A stretch of DNA of 64,000 nucleotides from an uncultured Gammaproteobacteria bacterium (lineage in GTDB: Bacteria; Patescibacteriota; Microgenomatia; Levybacterales; UBA12049), in assembly GCA_964391315.1 (NCBI GenBank), contig CAYMJR010000001.1:69949-133948 (forward strand). The letters are read 5' to 3'. A model generated the notes under the pieces. That model was not told where the DNA came from. It did not search any database and worked only from the letters and a program-made list of their open reading frames with translations. Numbering within the stretch: position 1 is the first letter of the stretch; every line of letters begins with the position of its first letter. Both the position numbers and the translations under genes were made by a program. Of the stretch, positions 27,226 through 36,718 are shown one piece after another.

Positions 27226-27680
27226 TAAATTTCAAATCGTATAAACTTTTTAACAGTGATATTCTCCCCTGTTTTTCCAATTGCAGCTTTAACGAGTGCT
27301 TCAATTGTCTGACTACCATCTCTAATATAATCCTGTTTGAGAAGATCTTCAACGGTTTCTGGATTCATTGCAGCAACTTGCATTGCGACTTCTTTTGCAA
27401 GGTGTTTGAATTCATCTGTCTTAGCAACAAAATCTGTTTCACAAAGAAGTTCAACCAAAACGCCGACCTTACCACCGCCATGAATATAACTTTCGATAAG
27501 CCCTTGTGATGTTTCGCGGTCTGCTTTCTTCGCTGCAATTTCAGCTGCTCTTTTTTTAAGCCATGCAAGAGCCTTATCATAGTTACCATCTGATTCATCC
27601 AATGCACGACGGCAATCAGCAATTGATGCAGATGTTTCGTCACGGAGTTTTTTAATTAATTTAAGATCAATTTGTGCCAT
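27225..27680 (-). CDS. tsf: Elongation factor Ts (unusually short, 151 aa)
   Basis: UBA-like N-terminus LIKKLRDETSASIADCRRALDESDGNYDKALAWLKK and core ETDFVAKTDEF. Ends after about 150 aa. Confidence 0.85.
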   Translation of the reverse strand: MAQIDLKLIKKLRDETSASIADCRRALDESDGNYDKALAWLKKRAAEIAAKKADRETSQGLIESYIHGGGKVGVLVELLCETDFVAKTDEFKHLAKEVAMQVAAMNPETVEDLLKQDYIRDGSQTIEALVKAAIGKTGENITVKKFIRFEI

Positions 27681-27681
27681 A

Positions 27682-28521
27682 CTATTTTGCCTCTTCTTTT
27701 TTAGTTGCTTTCTTTGCAGGTTTTTTCTCTTCTTTTGGAGCTTCTTCTTTCTTTTCTGCTTTTTCTTCAGTTTTTGCTTCTGAAACCTTCTTCTCTGCCT
27801 TTACTTCTTCTTTACCCATTTCGCGTCTGCCTTCGATCCATGCATCAAAGATATAAGAAATAATAAGTTTCAAACTTCCAACAGCATCGTCATTTGCAGG
27901 AATTGGATGAGTAATAATCAAAGGATTTGCATTGGTATCAGTAATACCAATTGTTGGTACTCCCATTTTCATTGCTTCTGCAACTGCAACGTGTTCTGTG
28001 TGGGTATCAACGATAAAAAGTGCATCTGGAGTTTTGGTCATATCAGCGGTTCCACCATAAAAACCATTTAATTTTGCTCGGGTCTTATCCCAATCACCAA
28101 TTTCTTTTTTGGTATAACCTTGTTGTGCAGATTGATCTTGCAAACGAGAGGTCAAATCTTTGAGTCTTTTATAATTCTTTGAAACTTCTGGGAAATTTGT
28201 AAGGGTTCCACCGATCCATCTCTGAGTTACGAGGAATAATCCATCTGCTCCAGAATCAGCAGCTCTTTTCATTTCTTCTCTGAGTACTCCTTGTGCTTGT
28301 TTTTTGGTACCAAGCACCAAAAGATTGCCGCCTTTTTGTGCAAGACTTTTTACAAATGCTGCTGCTTCTTCAAGACCTTCTTTGGTTTTTTCAAGATCAA
28401 TAATGTGGATACCGTCGCGGGCTTCGAAAATAAATTCCCGTGCTTTTGGGTTTTGGCGGGTTACTTGGTGGCCAAAGTGGCAACCTGCTTCTAATAATTC
28501 TTCAAGTGAAATACTTCTCAT
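27682..28521 (-). CDS. rpsB: 30S ribosomal protein S2 with K/E-rich C-terminal tail
   Basis: ATG at 28521 (MRSISLEELLEAGCHFGHQ...) chosen over the TTG at 28551. Tail sequence is KEEVKAEKKVSEAKTEEKAEKKEEAPKEEKKPAKKATKKEEAK. Confidence 0.9.
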   Translation of the reverse strand: MRSISLEELLEAGCHFGHQVTRQNPKAREFIFEARDGIHIIDLEKTKEGLEEAAAFVKSLAQKGGNLLVLGTKKQAQGVLREEMKRAADSGADGLFLVTQRWIGGTLTNFPEVSKNYKRLKDLTSRLQDQSAQQGYTKKEIGDWDKTRAKLNGFYGGTADMTKTPDALFIVDTHTEHVAVAEAMKMGVPTIGITDTNANPLIITHPIPANDDAVGSLKLIISYIFDAWIEGRREMGKEEVKAEKKVSEAKTEEKAEKKEEAPKEEKKPAKKATKKEEAK

Positions 28522-28594
28522 AATGAAATCCTTTAACGTCCATTCAGTCAACTCTTCAATCAGGATTTACAACTGAATGTGTGTGATAGAGTGT

Positions 28595-28624
28595 ATTATA
28601 CAAAATCCGAGGCCACATTTGCAA
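28595..28624 (-). promoter_or_regulatory. Promoter upstream of rpsB (TTGCAA-N18-TATAAT)
   Basis: Minus strand: -35 at 28624-28619, -10 at 28600-28595. Leaves a leader of roughly 65 nt before rpsB. Confidence 0.5.
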
Positions 28625-28641
28625 GCCACAATTATAAAAAC

Positions 28642-29637
28642 TTATTTTGTTCTTGATGTTAGAGCTGCTTCAGGATCAAAAACTACAGCCGCTCTTGCAA
28701 GAAAATCGACTTCTGACAGAGATAATTCTCCACCTTCAGCAAAATCTCTCACTGTTGCCGCTCCTTGGGCATCCCGTTCTTTCCTAAATTGCCATAACTC
28801 AGCAAGAGTTGGACCAAACATATCTATTTCATCAACTTTTTTTGGTATTCTTCTCCCCTTTCTTCCTATTTCATAACTTCCTCTATTAGCTTCAGGTTGA
28901 TAAGTATTAAACCATTTATCAATAAATCCTGACAATGCACCCGTACCAAATGGAACTTGAACATGATCAATTCTAGAATCCTCCTTTACATCATCAGGAA
29001 CCTGCTTATCATCAAGTATTGGAGTAACAAGCAACATTTTAAGATTTCTTACAGCTAATTCCGGAAATTTTTTCAGAAAGCTAATGAGTTCTGACGTAAG
29101 TTGATCGTGAATACTTCTTTTTCCCTGTTTATTTTTTAAAGATGCCTTATATTCTATTACATTTGTGACACGACCTGATCTACTTATCACTAAACCATCT
29201 GGCACAGAAATTCCATCCAATGATGTCGCTCCAAAGCCATTTTCATGCACTTCTGCGGTTGGATAAAGATGCTTATAAACCTCAAGTGTCTTATCTCCAT
29301 CAACAATGACACGATCTCCATGATTTTCTCGAGCTTCAACATATGATTGCGCAGTAGCAGAAAACACTCTTCCTGCTAACCTCCCTCTAAGATCACCGAA
29401 ATTTGATGCTTGAAATGAATAACTTACACCTTCAGAATATATCTTTCTCTGCAATACTGTGCTTAATAAAGGTCCATTGCTGTAATCTATTTCTGCAGAG
29501 ATTGGTGCTGTTGCACCCCTACCTTTTTTGGATAGCGCATCTCTTGCGTAATTTTTCAGAAAACAACTGGCGGCAGCCACGCGAACTTCACGTGGTACAT
29601 CTCCTGTAGATTCAATTCGTGTATGTGGATTACCCAT
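28642..29637 (-). CDS. Hypothetical protein with PD-(D/E)xK nuclease-like motif
   Basis: 331 aa orphan. VPDGLVISRSGRVTNVIEYKAS fits PD-x15-E-x-K. No other family recognised. Confidence 0.45.
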   Translation of the reverse strand: MGNPHTRIESTGDVPREVRVAAASCFLKNYARDALSKKGRGATAPISAEIDYSNGPLLSTVLQRKIYSEGVSYSFQASNFGDLRGRLAGRVFSATAQSYVEARENHGDRVIVDGDKTLEVYKHLYPTAEVHENGFGATSLDGISVPDGLVISRSGRVTNVIEYKASLKNKQGKRSIHDQLTSELISFLKKFPELAVRNLKMLLVTPILDDKQVPDDVKEDSRIDHVQVPFGTGALSGFIDKWFNTYQPEANRGSYEIGRKGRRIPKKVDEIDMFGPTLAELWQFRKERDAQGAATVRDFAEGGELSLSEVDFLARAAVVFDPEAALTSRTK

Positions 29638-29699
29638 AATTAAAACTATGGGACTATTTTACCATTACAACCATTTTTTTACAATATTATTGAGCTATT

Positions 29700-31028
29700 T
29701 TATGGAACGGGGAATTTGACGACGAATGATTTTATTTCTTTTGCAATTGCACTGAGTTTTTTATTCTTGGCAATTGTTGCAGTATATTCTTTCAGCAAAG
29801 CTTGACGTTTTTCTTTATCATCTTTTGGCAATTCCATACCTTCTACTTCAGCAATAGCTTGTGCGTACCACTCTGCAATCTTTTTCATTTCTTTTTCCTT
29901 CATCCCCCGCGTTGTGATAGCAGGTGTACCAAGACGGATTCCTGACGCATACAGTGGTGGCATATCATCTCCTGGCACGCCGTTATAGTTGAGGACAATT
30001 CCCGCTGCTTCGAGTGCGACTGCTGCGACTCGACCATTTACTTTTTTCGACCGTAAATCAATAAGTATCAAATGATTATCAGTTCCGCCACTGACTAGGT
30101 CAAAGCCTTGCTTTGTTAATTCCTCTCCTAGTACTTTTGCATTGGCAACAATTTGTGCTCCGTATTTTTTGAAACTTGCCGAACTTGCCTCTTTAAGACA
30201 GACAGCAATTGCTGCAGTTTGGTTGTCATGTGGTCCGCCTTGAAGTCCAGGAATGATTGCTGTTTCAATTCTTTTTGGAAGTGTTGGATCTTTCTTCAAA
30301 CCTTTCTCAGTCACCATAATCATTGCACCTCTCGGGCCGCGAAGTGTTTTATGTGTTGTGGTTGTCACAATATGTGCATATGGAACAGGTGATGGATGTA
30401 CTCCTGCGACAATAAGACCTGTGATGTGCGATACATCAGCCATCAACCAACAGCCTGCCTTGTCAGCAATCTGACCAAACCGTTTGAAATCAATGATGCG
30501 AGGATATGCTGTATAACCACAAATCAACAGTTGTGGTTTTTCTTTCATGACTTGTTTTTCAATTGCATCATAATCAAGCAGATTATCTTTTCCCAGTTCA
30601 TAATGCACAGCGGTAAAAAATCTGCCAGATAAACCAAGTTTGTGTCCATGAGTGATGTGTCCTCCCATCGCAAGGGAAAGCCCCATGATTTTCGCGCCGT
30701 TCTCAAGAACTGCGAAATAGACAGCAGAATTTGCAGGAGAACCTGAAAGTGGCTGAACATTAACATATGGAACACCAAATAATTTCATTGCCCGCTCTTG
30801 TGCAAGGCTTTCAACAGAATCAGCGACTGCGTTCCCTTGATAGTATCTCTTACCTGGAAAACCCTCTGAATATTTATTGGTTAATACTGTTCCGAGGGTT
30901 TCCATCACCGCTTGAGACGTATAATTTTCTGAAGGAATCATCTCGAGGACATCTTTCTGGCGTTTTTCTTCTGCGACAATGAGGGAGTAAATTTGAGGAT
31001 CCTGTTTTTTCAGATTAGTCATCATCAT
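29700..31028 (-). CDS. glyA: Serine hydroxymethyltransferase
   Basis: 442 aa. TTTTHKTLRGPRG PLP-lysine motif and the SENYTS region. Confidence 0.95.
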   Translation of the reverse strand: MMMTNLKKQDPQIYSLIVAEEKRQKDVLEMIPSENYTSQAVMETLGTVLTNKYSEGFPGKRYYQGNAVADSVESLAQERAMKLFGVPYVNVQPLSGSPANSAVYFAVLENGAKIMGLSLAMGGHITHGHKLGLSGRFFTAVHYELGKDNLLDYDAIEKQVMKEKPQLLICGYTAYPRIIDFKRFGQIADKAGCWLMADVSHITGLIVAGVHPSPVPYAHIVTTTTHKTLRGPRGAMIMVTEKGLKKDPTLPKRIETAIIPGLQGGPHDNQTAAIAVCLKEASSASFKKYGAQIVANAKVLGEELTKQGFDLVSGGTDNHLILIDLRSKKVNGRVAAVALEAAGIVLNYNGVPGDDMPPLYASGIRLGTPAITTRGMKEKEMKKIAEWYAQAIAEVEGMELPKDDKEKRQALLKEYTATIAKNKKLSAIAKEIKSFVVKFPVP

Positions 31029-31080
31029 TGGCTAACAACAGTACTATAAACGATGAACTAGAATAAAGCAAGAGGTAGTT

Positions 31081-31109
31081 TTGCAATTGCAAAATGTATT
31101 ACCTATAAT
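31081..31109 (+). promoter_or_regulatory. Promoter (TTGCAA-N17-TATAAT), ATG 11 nt after the -10
   Basis: -35 at 31081-31086, inside the 16-bp palindrome TTTTGCAATTGCAAAA (31079-31094). -10 at 31104-31109. ATG at 31121. Confidence 0.5.
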
Positions 31110-31120
31110 CCACAATCTCT

Positions 31121-31915
31121 ATGGAACGTTTGTTTCGTTGTCGAAAAGAAATCCGTGAGCCACGCCAAATCGTTCGTGAGGCGTTAACTTCAGGGGAAAA
31201 TATTTCCTACCTTGGAAGCTTTCTTGCTATCAGCGGAGATGAGGGTTCAGGTAAATCAACAGTTGCCCGCAGGTTACAAAAAATACTTAATATTGAAGAG
31301 TTAATAGAGGCCGGAGATTTACAAACAAAGATTCTTAAAGCACGTGCTGAAGGACCAGTTCGTGATGGTGTACGTGCTGACAAAGAAATTGATGACACAT
31401 TAACAGAAGCAATTGTTAGTGGAAGAAAAGTAATTGTGGATGCCCGTTTATCAGCCCATATTGTAAATAAAGAGAGAAACAAAATGTCTCCTTCTGAAAA
31501 TTTTCCTAAAGGAATAACAATTGTTTACAAGGTAAGTCCTGAGGATGGCGCGACAAGAGTGATGCAAAGACAAAACGCTGCACGGCAAGAAGCAAATGTA
31601 AAAAGACTAACACTTAAAGAAACTCTTGAACTTAATAGACGGCGTCGTAGTGCTGATCGGGAACGATGGAAAGACTCTTACCCTGCTATCAAAGATTATG
31701 ATACCTATGACCCTGAAGCTGTAGACGCACATGGCAAGAGAATCTATGACATTTCTCTTTCAACAACTGGCAAGACAGTAGATGAAGTTGTAGAAGATAC
31801 TCTCGTCAATCTTTTAGAACATGGCTTCATTAAAATTGAAAAAAGGAGAAAAATACTCGGACGCATCCGCGGACCACAGGTCGTTTTTGATCCTCGTAGA
31901 CATTTACCTCTCTAA
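31121..31915 (+). CDS. P-loop kinase, cytidylate-kinase-like
   Basis: 264 aa. Walker A in ISGDEGSGKSTVARRL, then VIVDARL. Divergent N- and C-terminal regions. Confidence 0.55.
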   Translation: MERLFRCRKEIREPRQIVREALTSGENISYLGSFLAISGDEGSGKSTVARRLQKILNIEELIEAGDLQTKILKARAEGPVRDGVRADKEIDDTLTEAIVSGRKVIVDARLSAHIVNKERNKMSPSENFPKGITIVYKVSPEDGATRVMQRQNAARQEANVKRLTLKETLELNRRRRSADRERWKDSYPAIKDYDTYDPEAVDAHGKRIYDISLSTTGKTVDEVVEDTLVNLLEHGFIKIEKRRKILGRIRGPQVVFDPRRHLPL

Positions 31916-32410
31916 ATCTAAGAACGTATACTGATACCCGTCTTCCTCATGTTCTTCTTTCTTCAAAACTTTCGTAAACATCGAATAATCAGGGAAAAAT
32001 ACATCAGCATCATAATCACCTTTGACGAGTGTTAAATATAAACGGTCAACCAATCCTTTCTCTACCGCTTCTGTAAAAATCTGCCCTCCACCAAAAATAA
32101 AAATTTCATCTGAGCCGTCACATGCTTTTGCTTTTTCCAAAGCCTCTTCAAGAGATGGAACAATGACGTCTGGTTGATAGGAAAGATTTTTAGTACCTTC
32201 AGGATCACGAGAAATAACAATATGTGCCCGGTTGGGTAGTCGTCGACCGAGGGACTCAAATGTTTTTCTTCCCATTACCAGCGGATGTCCTGTGGTAAGC
32301 GTTTTCAAACGCTGCATGTCGCGTGGAATCTTAAACAACAAATCATTGCCCTTTCCAATTCCCCTTTTTTCATCAAGTGCGGAAATGATAGATATTCGTG
32401 GGTCATTCAT
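31904..32410 (-). CDS. folA: Dihydrofolate reductase
   Basis: 168 aa. ISIISALDEKRGIGKGNDL, PLVMGRKTFESL and IFGGGQIF motifs. Confidence 0.9.
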   Translation of the reverse strand: MNDPRISIISALDEKRGIGKGNDLLFKIPRDMQRLKTLTTGHPLVMGRKTFESLGRRLPNRAHIVISRDPEGTKNLSYQPDVIVPSLEEALEKAKACDGSDEIFIFGGGQIFTEAVEKGLVDRLYLTLVKGDYDADVFFPDYSMFTKVLKKEEHEEDGYQYTFLDLER

Positions 32411-32446
32411 TCTTACATCCTAAATCTTTACTAGTAAATCTGCAAG

Positions 32447-33421
32447 TCATCCAGCCATTTTACCAGTCTTTTTATCAAAAAGTCCTCCGGCAACGGTCAA
32501 CTCTGCCTTCACCATTGGATAGGGGTCATAATTTTCCAAAATGACATCTTCTGTCTTAAAGTCGTCAATACTTTTCAATTTTCTTTTGATCGTGACTGTC
32601 GGGAAAGATCGTGGTTTTCTGGAAAGCTGCTCTTTGACTTGCTCAATATGATTGCCATAAATGTGAGCGTCGCCAAAAGTATGAACAAATTCTCCTGGCT
32701 CAAGTCCTGCAATATTGGCAAGAATAATCGCAAGCAAACTGTAACTTGCAATGTTAAATGGTACACCGAGGAACAAATCAGCACTTCTTTGATACAGTTG
32801 TAATGAAAGTTTTCCGTTGCGGTTGGAAATCTGGTACATATTGTGGCAAATTGGGAATCTGGACGCGTCTTTATTGGTCGCCATGGTGTAAAGATATTCA
32901 GGATTCCAGGAATTTACAATCAAATTCTTTGCATCAGGATCATCTTTCATCTCCTGCATCACCCAAGCAAGTTGATCAATTGTTCGTGTGGTGCGGGTTG
33001 GCCAGTGCCTCCACATTTCGCCATAAATGCGTGGTAAATTACCATATTTTGTCGCAAATTTCTTATCCTCAGCAACTTTTGCAACAAATTCATCTTTTGT
33101 CAAAACAGGCACTTTTCCTTCTTCTGCCTTTTTGGAATATATTTTGTAGGGATAATCATCCCAAATATGCACATTGTTTTCGACTAAATATTTGATATTG
33201 GTCTGTCCCGACATAAACCAATAGAGTTCGTGCAATACTCCTTTCCAATACACCTTTTTCGTGGTCAAAAGTGGAAAACCCTTGGAAAGATCAAAGCGGA
33301 TTTGTCTTCCAAAAACACTACGAAGTTCAATATCAGTCCCGCGGTCAACTTTCTTGATGCCATTATCTAAGACTTCCTGGAGTAAATCGAGGTATTGATA
33401 TTCAGGATGCTTCACTGCCAT
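32447..33421 (-). CDS. thyA: Thymidylate synthase (ThyA)
   Basis: 324 aa. YQYLDLL, RSVFG, LPPCH-equivalent FPICHNMYQ, and QRSADLFLGVPFNIASY motifs. Confidence 0.95.
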   Translation of the reverse strand: MAVKHPEYQYLDLLQEVLDNGIKKVDRGTDIELRSVFGRQIRFDLSKGFPLLTTKKVYWKGVLHELYWFMSGQTNIKYLVENNVHIWDDYPYKIYSKKAEEGKVPVLTKDEFVAKVAEDKKFATKYGNLPRIYGEMWRHWPTRTTRTIDQLAWVMQEMKDDPDAKNLIVNSWNPEYLYTMATNKDASRFPICHNMYQISNRNGKLSLQLYQRSADLFLGVPFNIASYSLLAIILANIAGLEPGEFVHTFGDAHIYGNHIEQVKEQLSRKPRSFPTVTIKRKLKSIDDFKTEDVILENYDPYPMVKAELTVAGGLFDKKTGKMAG

Positions 33422-33461
33422 AACGTTTACTTACTATAAAACTCAACAACAAAATTGTCAA

Positions 33462-34034
33462 TCAGAAACCTACAAAATACTCATGCAGTCGCGTATCCTC
33501 AGTCAGTTCTGGATGAAAAGCGGTTGCGAGCATATTTCCCTGCCGTGCTGCAACGATAGTACCGTCAGGAAGTGTCGACAAAACATCAACATCAGGGCCG
33601 TTTGAAACAATAAACGGTGCGCGGATAAATGTTGCATGCATCGGCTTACCTTGCAAACCTTTAATCTCCAAATCAGTCTCAAAGCTCTCAATCTGCCGGC
33701 CGAATGCATTGCGGTTGACAACAATATCCATCACACCAAGAGGATTTGGCCTGTCCTGAACTAATTTTTTGGCAAGAAGTATCATCCCAGCGCATGTCCC
33801 CCACACCGGCATACCACTTTGAATTTTCTTGACCAGTGACTCACGCATTTCAAATGTGTCCAACAAATTCACCATCGTAGTACTTTCTCCACCCGGCATA
33901 ATCAGGGCATCAATGTCTTGTAAATCTTGCGGCAAACGGACCTCTTTTGTGGCTGCGCCAATTTTATGAAGAGTTGTGATGTGTTCTAAGAAGTCACCTT
34001 GAAGAGCGAGGACACCAATAACGTTATTTTTCAT
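33462..34034 (-). CDS. pdxT: Pyridoxal 5'-phosphate synthase glutaminase subunit PdxT
   Basis: 190 aa. GVLALQGDFLEH, GTCAGMILLA and FHPELT motifs. Confidence 0.95.
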   Translation of the reverse strand: MKNNVIGVLALQGDFLEHITTLHKIGAATKEVRLPQDLQDIDALIMPGGESTTMVNLLDTFEMRESLVKKIQSGMPVWGTCAGMILLAKKLVQDRPNPLGVMDIVVNRNAFGRQIESFETDLEIKGLQGKPMHATFIRAPFIVSNGPDVDVLSTLPDGTIVAARQGNMLATAFHPELTEDTRLHEYFVGF

Positions 34035-34928
34035 TTACCAACCTCTCTTTGACAGAATTTGTTCCTCTGGAAGTGAGCGTGCACTAACACTTGTCATTGC
34101 TTCACCAAGCCCCTCTGAAACTTTTGCGATGACATCAGGATTGTTGTAGTTAGTTGTTGCTTGGACAATTGCTTTTGCTCGTTTTGCAGGATCTTTTGAT
34201 TTGAAAATTCCTGATCCGACAAAAACTCCGTCACTGCCAAGCTGCATCATAAGAGCTGCATCCGCAGGAGTTGCGATTCCGCCAGCTGCGAAATTCACAA
34301 CAGGAAGCCGTCCCAATTCTTTGACTTGTTTAACAAGTTCAACAGGTACGCGCATCTCTCTTGCTTTTTCTACTAATTCTGTATTAGACAAATCCTGCAA
34401 AGCTGCAATCTCACTTGTCACTGCACGTTGATGACGGACTGCTTCAACGACATCACCTGTTCCCGCTTCCCCTTTGGTACGGATCATTGCTGCACCTTCG
34501 TTAATACGTCGAAGCGCTTCACCTAGATTGCGGCAGCCGCAAACAAATGGAACTTTGAATGGATGCTTGTCGATGTGGAATTCTTCATCTGCTGGTGTGA
34601 GGACTTCTGATTCGTCAATGTAGTCAATGCCCAAAGATTCCAAAACTTGTGCTTCAACAAAATGGCCAATGCGGCATTTTGCCATGACAGGGATCGTAAC
34701 AGCCTTCATGATCCCTTTGATCATTTCAGGATCTGACATACGGGCGACTCCCCCAGCAACGCGAATATCTGCGGGGACTCTCTCAAGCGCCATAACAGCA
34801 CATGCACCCGCATCTTCTGCAATCTTTGCCTGCTCAGCTGTTACGACATCCATAATGACGCCGCCTTTGAGCATCTGGGCAAGTCCTGCTTTAACTTTAA
34901 ATGTAGATTTGACTGGAGTTTGTGTCAT
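34035..34928 (-). CDS. pdxS: Pyridoxal 5'-phosphate synthase lyase subunit PdxS
   Basis: 297 aa. [18 protein letters not shown] and [15 protein letters not shown] motifs. Confidence 0.95.
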   Translation of the reverse strand: MTQTPVKSTFKVKAGLAQMLKGGVIMDVVTAEQAKIAEDAGACAVMALERVPADIRVAGGVARMSDPEMIKGIMKAVTIPVMAKCRIGHFVEAQVLESLGIDYIDESEVLTPADEEFHIDKHPFKVPFVCGCRNLGEALRRINEGAAMIRTKGEAGTGDVVEAVRHQRAVTSEIAALQDLSNTELVEKAREMRVPVELVKQVKELGRLPVVNFAAGGIATPADAALMMQLGSDGVFVGSGIFKSKDPAKRAKAIVQATTNYNNPDVIAKVSEGLGEAMTSVSARSLPEEQILSKRGW

Positions 34929-34969
34929 GCACCAGCATTATACATTGTTAAGTCAAAAATTGAAATATT

Positions 34970-35392
34970 CTATTCAAGAGGCAAGATGAAGCGGTAGCTG
35001 CAAATACTCATATTATTGCTAAAATAAAATTGATGCGCGCCACTTCTTTCCAAACTCGAATCAAGCTGAAGCGATTTACACAATGTTTTCCTTGCATAAA
35101 GAACCAACCAATCAAAAAGAAGCGTTCCGTATCCTTTTAAACGATAGCGTTCATCAGTGACAAAATCACTCACATAGAGAGTTCTGTGTGCTGAAATATT
35201 TTCCGTAATGCGAAATCCTGCAACAGCCATGACTTTCCCTACATCTTCCAAAAACACTAAATTGTATCCTGTTTGTTGCTGTCTTTTTACTTGATCTAGA
35301 AAATCTTTTTTATGAAGCGTTGACCGAAGCTGTAACATGACAGGAAAGGATTTTACAATTTGCTGATAGTTTTTTGCCAAAGATATCTTCAT
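34970..35392 (-). CDS. GNAT-family N-acetyltransferase
   Basis: ATG at 35392 is preceded by AGGAGG. VTDERYRLKGYGTLLFDWL acetyl-CoA-binding motif. Confidence 0.8.
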   Translation of the reverse strand: MKISLAKNYQQIVKSFPVMLQLRSTLHKKDFLDQVKRQQQTGYNLVFLEDVGKVMAVAGFRITENISAHRTLYVSDFVTDERYRLKGYGTLLFDWLVLYARKTLCKSLQLDSSLERSGAHQFYFSNNMSICSYRFILPLE

Positions 35393-35439
35393 GACAATTC
35401 CTCCTGAATTCGTTGTCAAAAGATCTTACGGTAAATTCC

Positions 35440-35979
35440 CTAAATTTGTTTCTCCTTTATCGTTGTCGTAACCCGTCCCCCTTGCCATTGACCACGGTAC
35501 ATATTACCGCCGCCAAGGACTTCGTGAAATTGAATATGAACGATTCTCGCACCAAGTTCGATGGTAACAGGAACAGAGCCTTCATTCTTCAATCCAAAAT
35601 TAAGGCCACCGCAGTAGCCTGGTGGTACATTTCCAGTACGGATAAACAAACCACTTCGGTATGTTGTAGAACGAGGAGTAATGCTTGCTGTTAAATTCTC
35701 TGGCATATTCACATCTTCAATCGTTTTAATCAGATAGAACTCGCCCGGTTTGATAACAATTTTGCTTACTTTTTTTATATCATATTTTGCAATAAGGTCA
35801 ACCTCAGCAGTGTGACGTTCAGTAACTCCCAAAAACGCTTCACCACTAATTTTGTACACTTCACCAAGCCGCAGATCAAACCCAGCTCCTTCAGGATTGG
35901 TCAACTCCCTCTCGCTGAGATTGTCGACTAATTTTTTCTTTTTAACCAGTTCTAATAATAATTTAGGACCTAATACCAT
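35440..35979 (-). CDS. dCTP deaminase/dUTPase-superfamily protein
   Basis: 179 aa. GAGFDLRLGEVY, ITPRSTTYRSGL and PPGYCGGL motifs. Confidence 0.75.
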   Translation of the reverse strand: MVLGPKLLLELVKKKKLVDNLSERELTNPEGAGFDLRLGEVYKISGEAFLGVTERHTAEVDLIAKYDIKKVSKIVIKPGEFYLIKTIEDVNMPENLTASITPRSTTYRSGLFIRTGNVPPGYCGGLNFGLKNEGSVPVTIELGARIVHIQFHEVLGGGNMYRGQWQGGRVTTTIKEKQI

Positions 35980-36026
35980 AGTATAAATTGAATCATGAAT
36001 TAGAAATCAAGAAAAGAACCCATGCT

Positions 36027-36713
36027 TCATGATTCTTGCTTCTTGATTCGTGTAATAATTTCTTCCGTCACGTCTTCAACAGACTTCGTTGCGTCAATTA
36101 CTGTAAACTCTTCAGGGAACTTTTGCAAGAGCCAATTGTAGCCTTTAATTGTCTTTTCAAGAATCGCTTTATCTTCGTAAATTTCTTTTGTGTCATTATC
36201 CTCTTCTAACCGCTTCATTGCTTTGTCCAAGGGAAGATCAAGATAAAATGTCTTATCAGGAATGGTGAACTGGTGATATAGAGAAAGGATACTTTGCGCA
36301 ACAAGCATATATTCGGCAGTATTCTCATCAAACACACCACCGTGATCCATAATGCCATATGGGACAGCCGACCAAAAACAACGGTCAGACAAAACAATTT
36401 TTCCCGCTCTCAGTGCTGGCAGTATTACTTCCTCATGATGCATCTCCCTGTCAGCGCTGAAAAGATATTGGAAAGCAACAGGAGGAATTTTGGTCTTGCC
36501 ATGAAGAATTTTTTGGATCAACTCGCCAATGAGCCCATCATTCTTGCGGGGTTCACGAGTTTTCACGACTTCCCGACCCTGGGAGGTAAAATAATCATAC
36601 AATGCATCTATTTGGGTCGTCTTGCCGCTTCCATCAATGCCTTCAAGCGCGATATACAAACCGCTTGCTTCATTTCTTTTGAAATCAATATCAAAGGAGA
36701 CATGATATTTCAT
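36027..36713 (-). CDS. tmk: Thymidylate kinase
   Basis: 228 aa. LYIALEGIDGSGKTTQ P-loop, VVKTREP, and DRCFWS in place of the DRY motif. Confidence 0.9.
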   Translation of the reverse strand: MKYHVSFDIDFKRNEASGLYIALEGIDGSGKTTQIDALYDYFTSQGREVVKTREPRKNDGLIGELIQKILHGKTKIPPVAFQYLFSADREMHHEEVILPALRAGKIVLSDRCFWSAVPYGIMDHGGVFDENTAEYMLVAQSILSLYHQFTIPDKTFYLDLPLDKAMKRLEEDNDTKEIYEDKAILEKTIKGYNWLLQKFPEEFTVIDATKSVEDVTEEIITRIKKQES

Positions 36714-36718
36714 AAATG

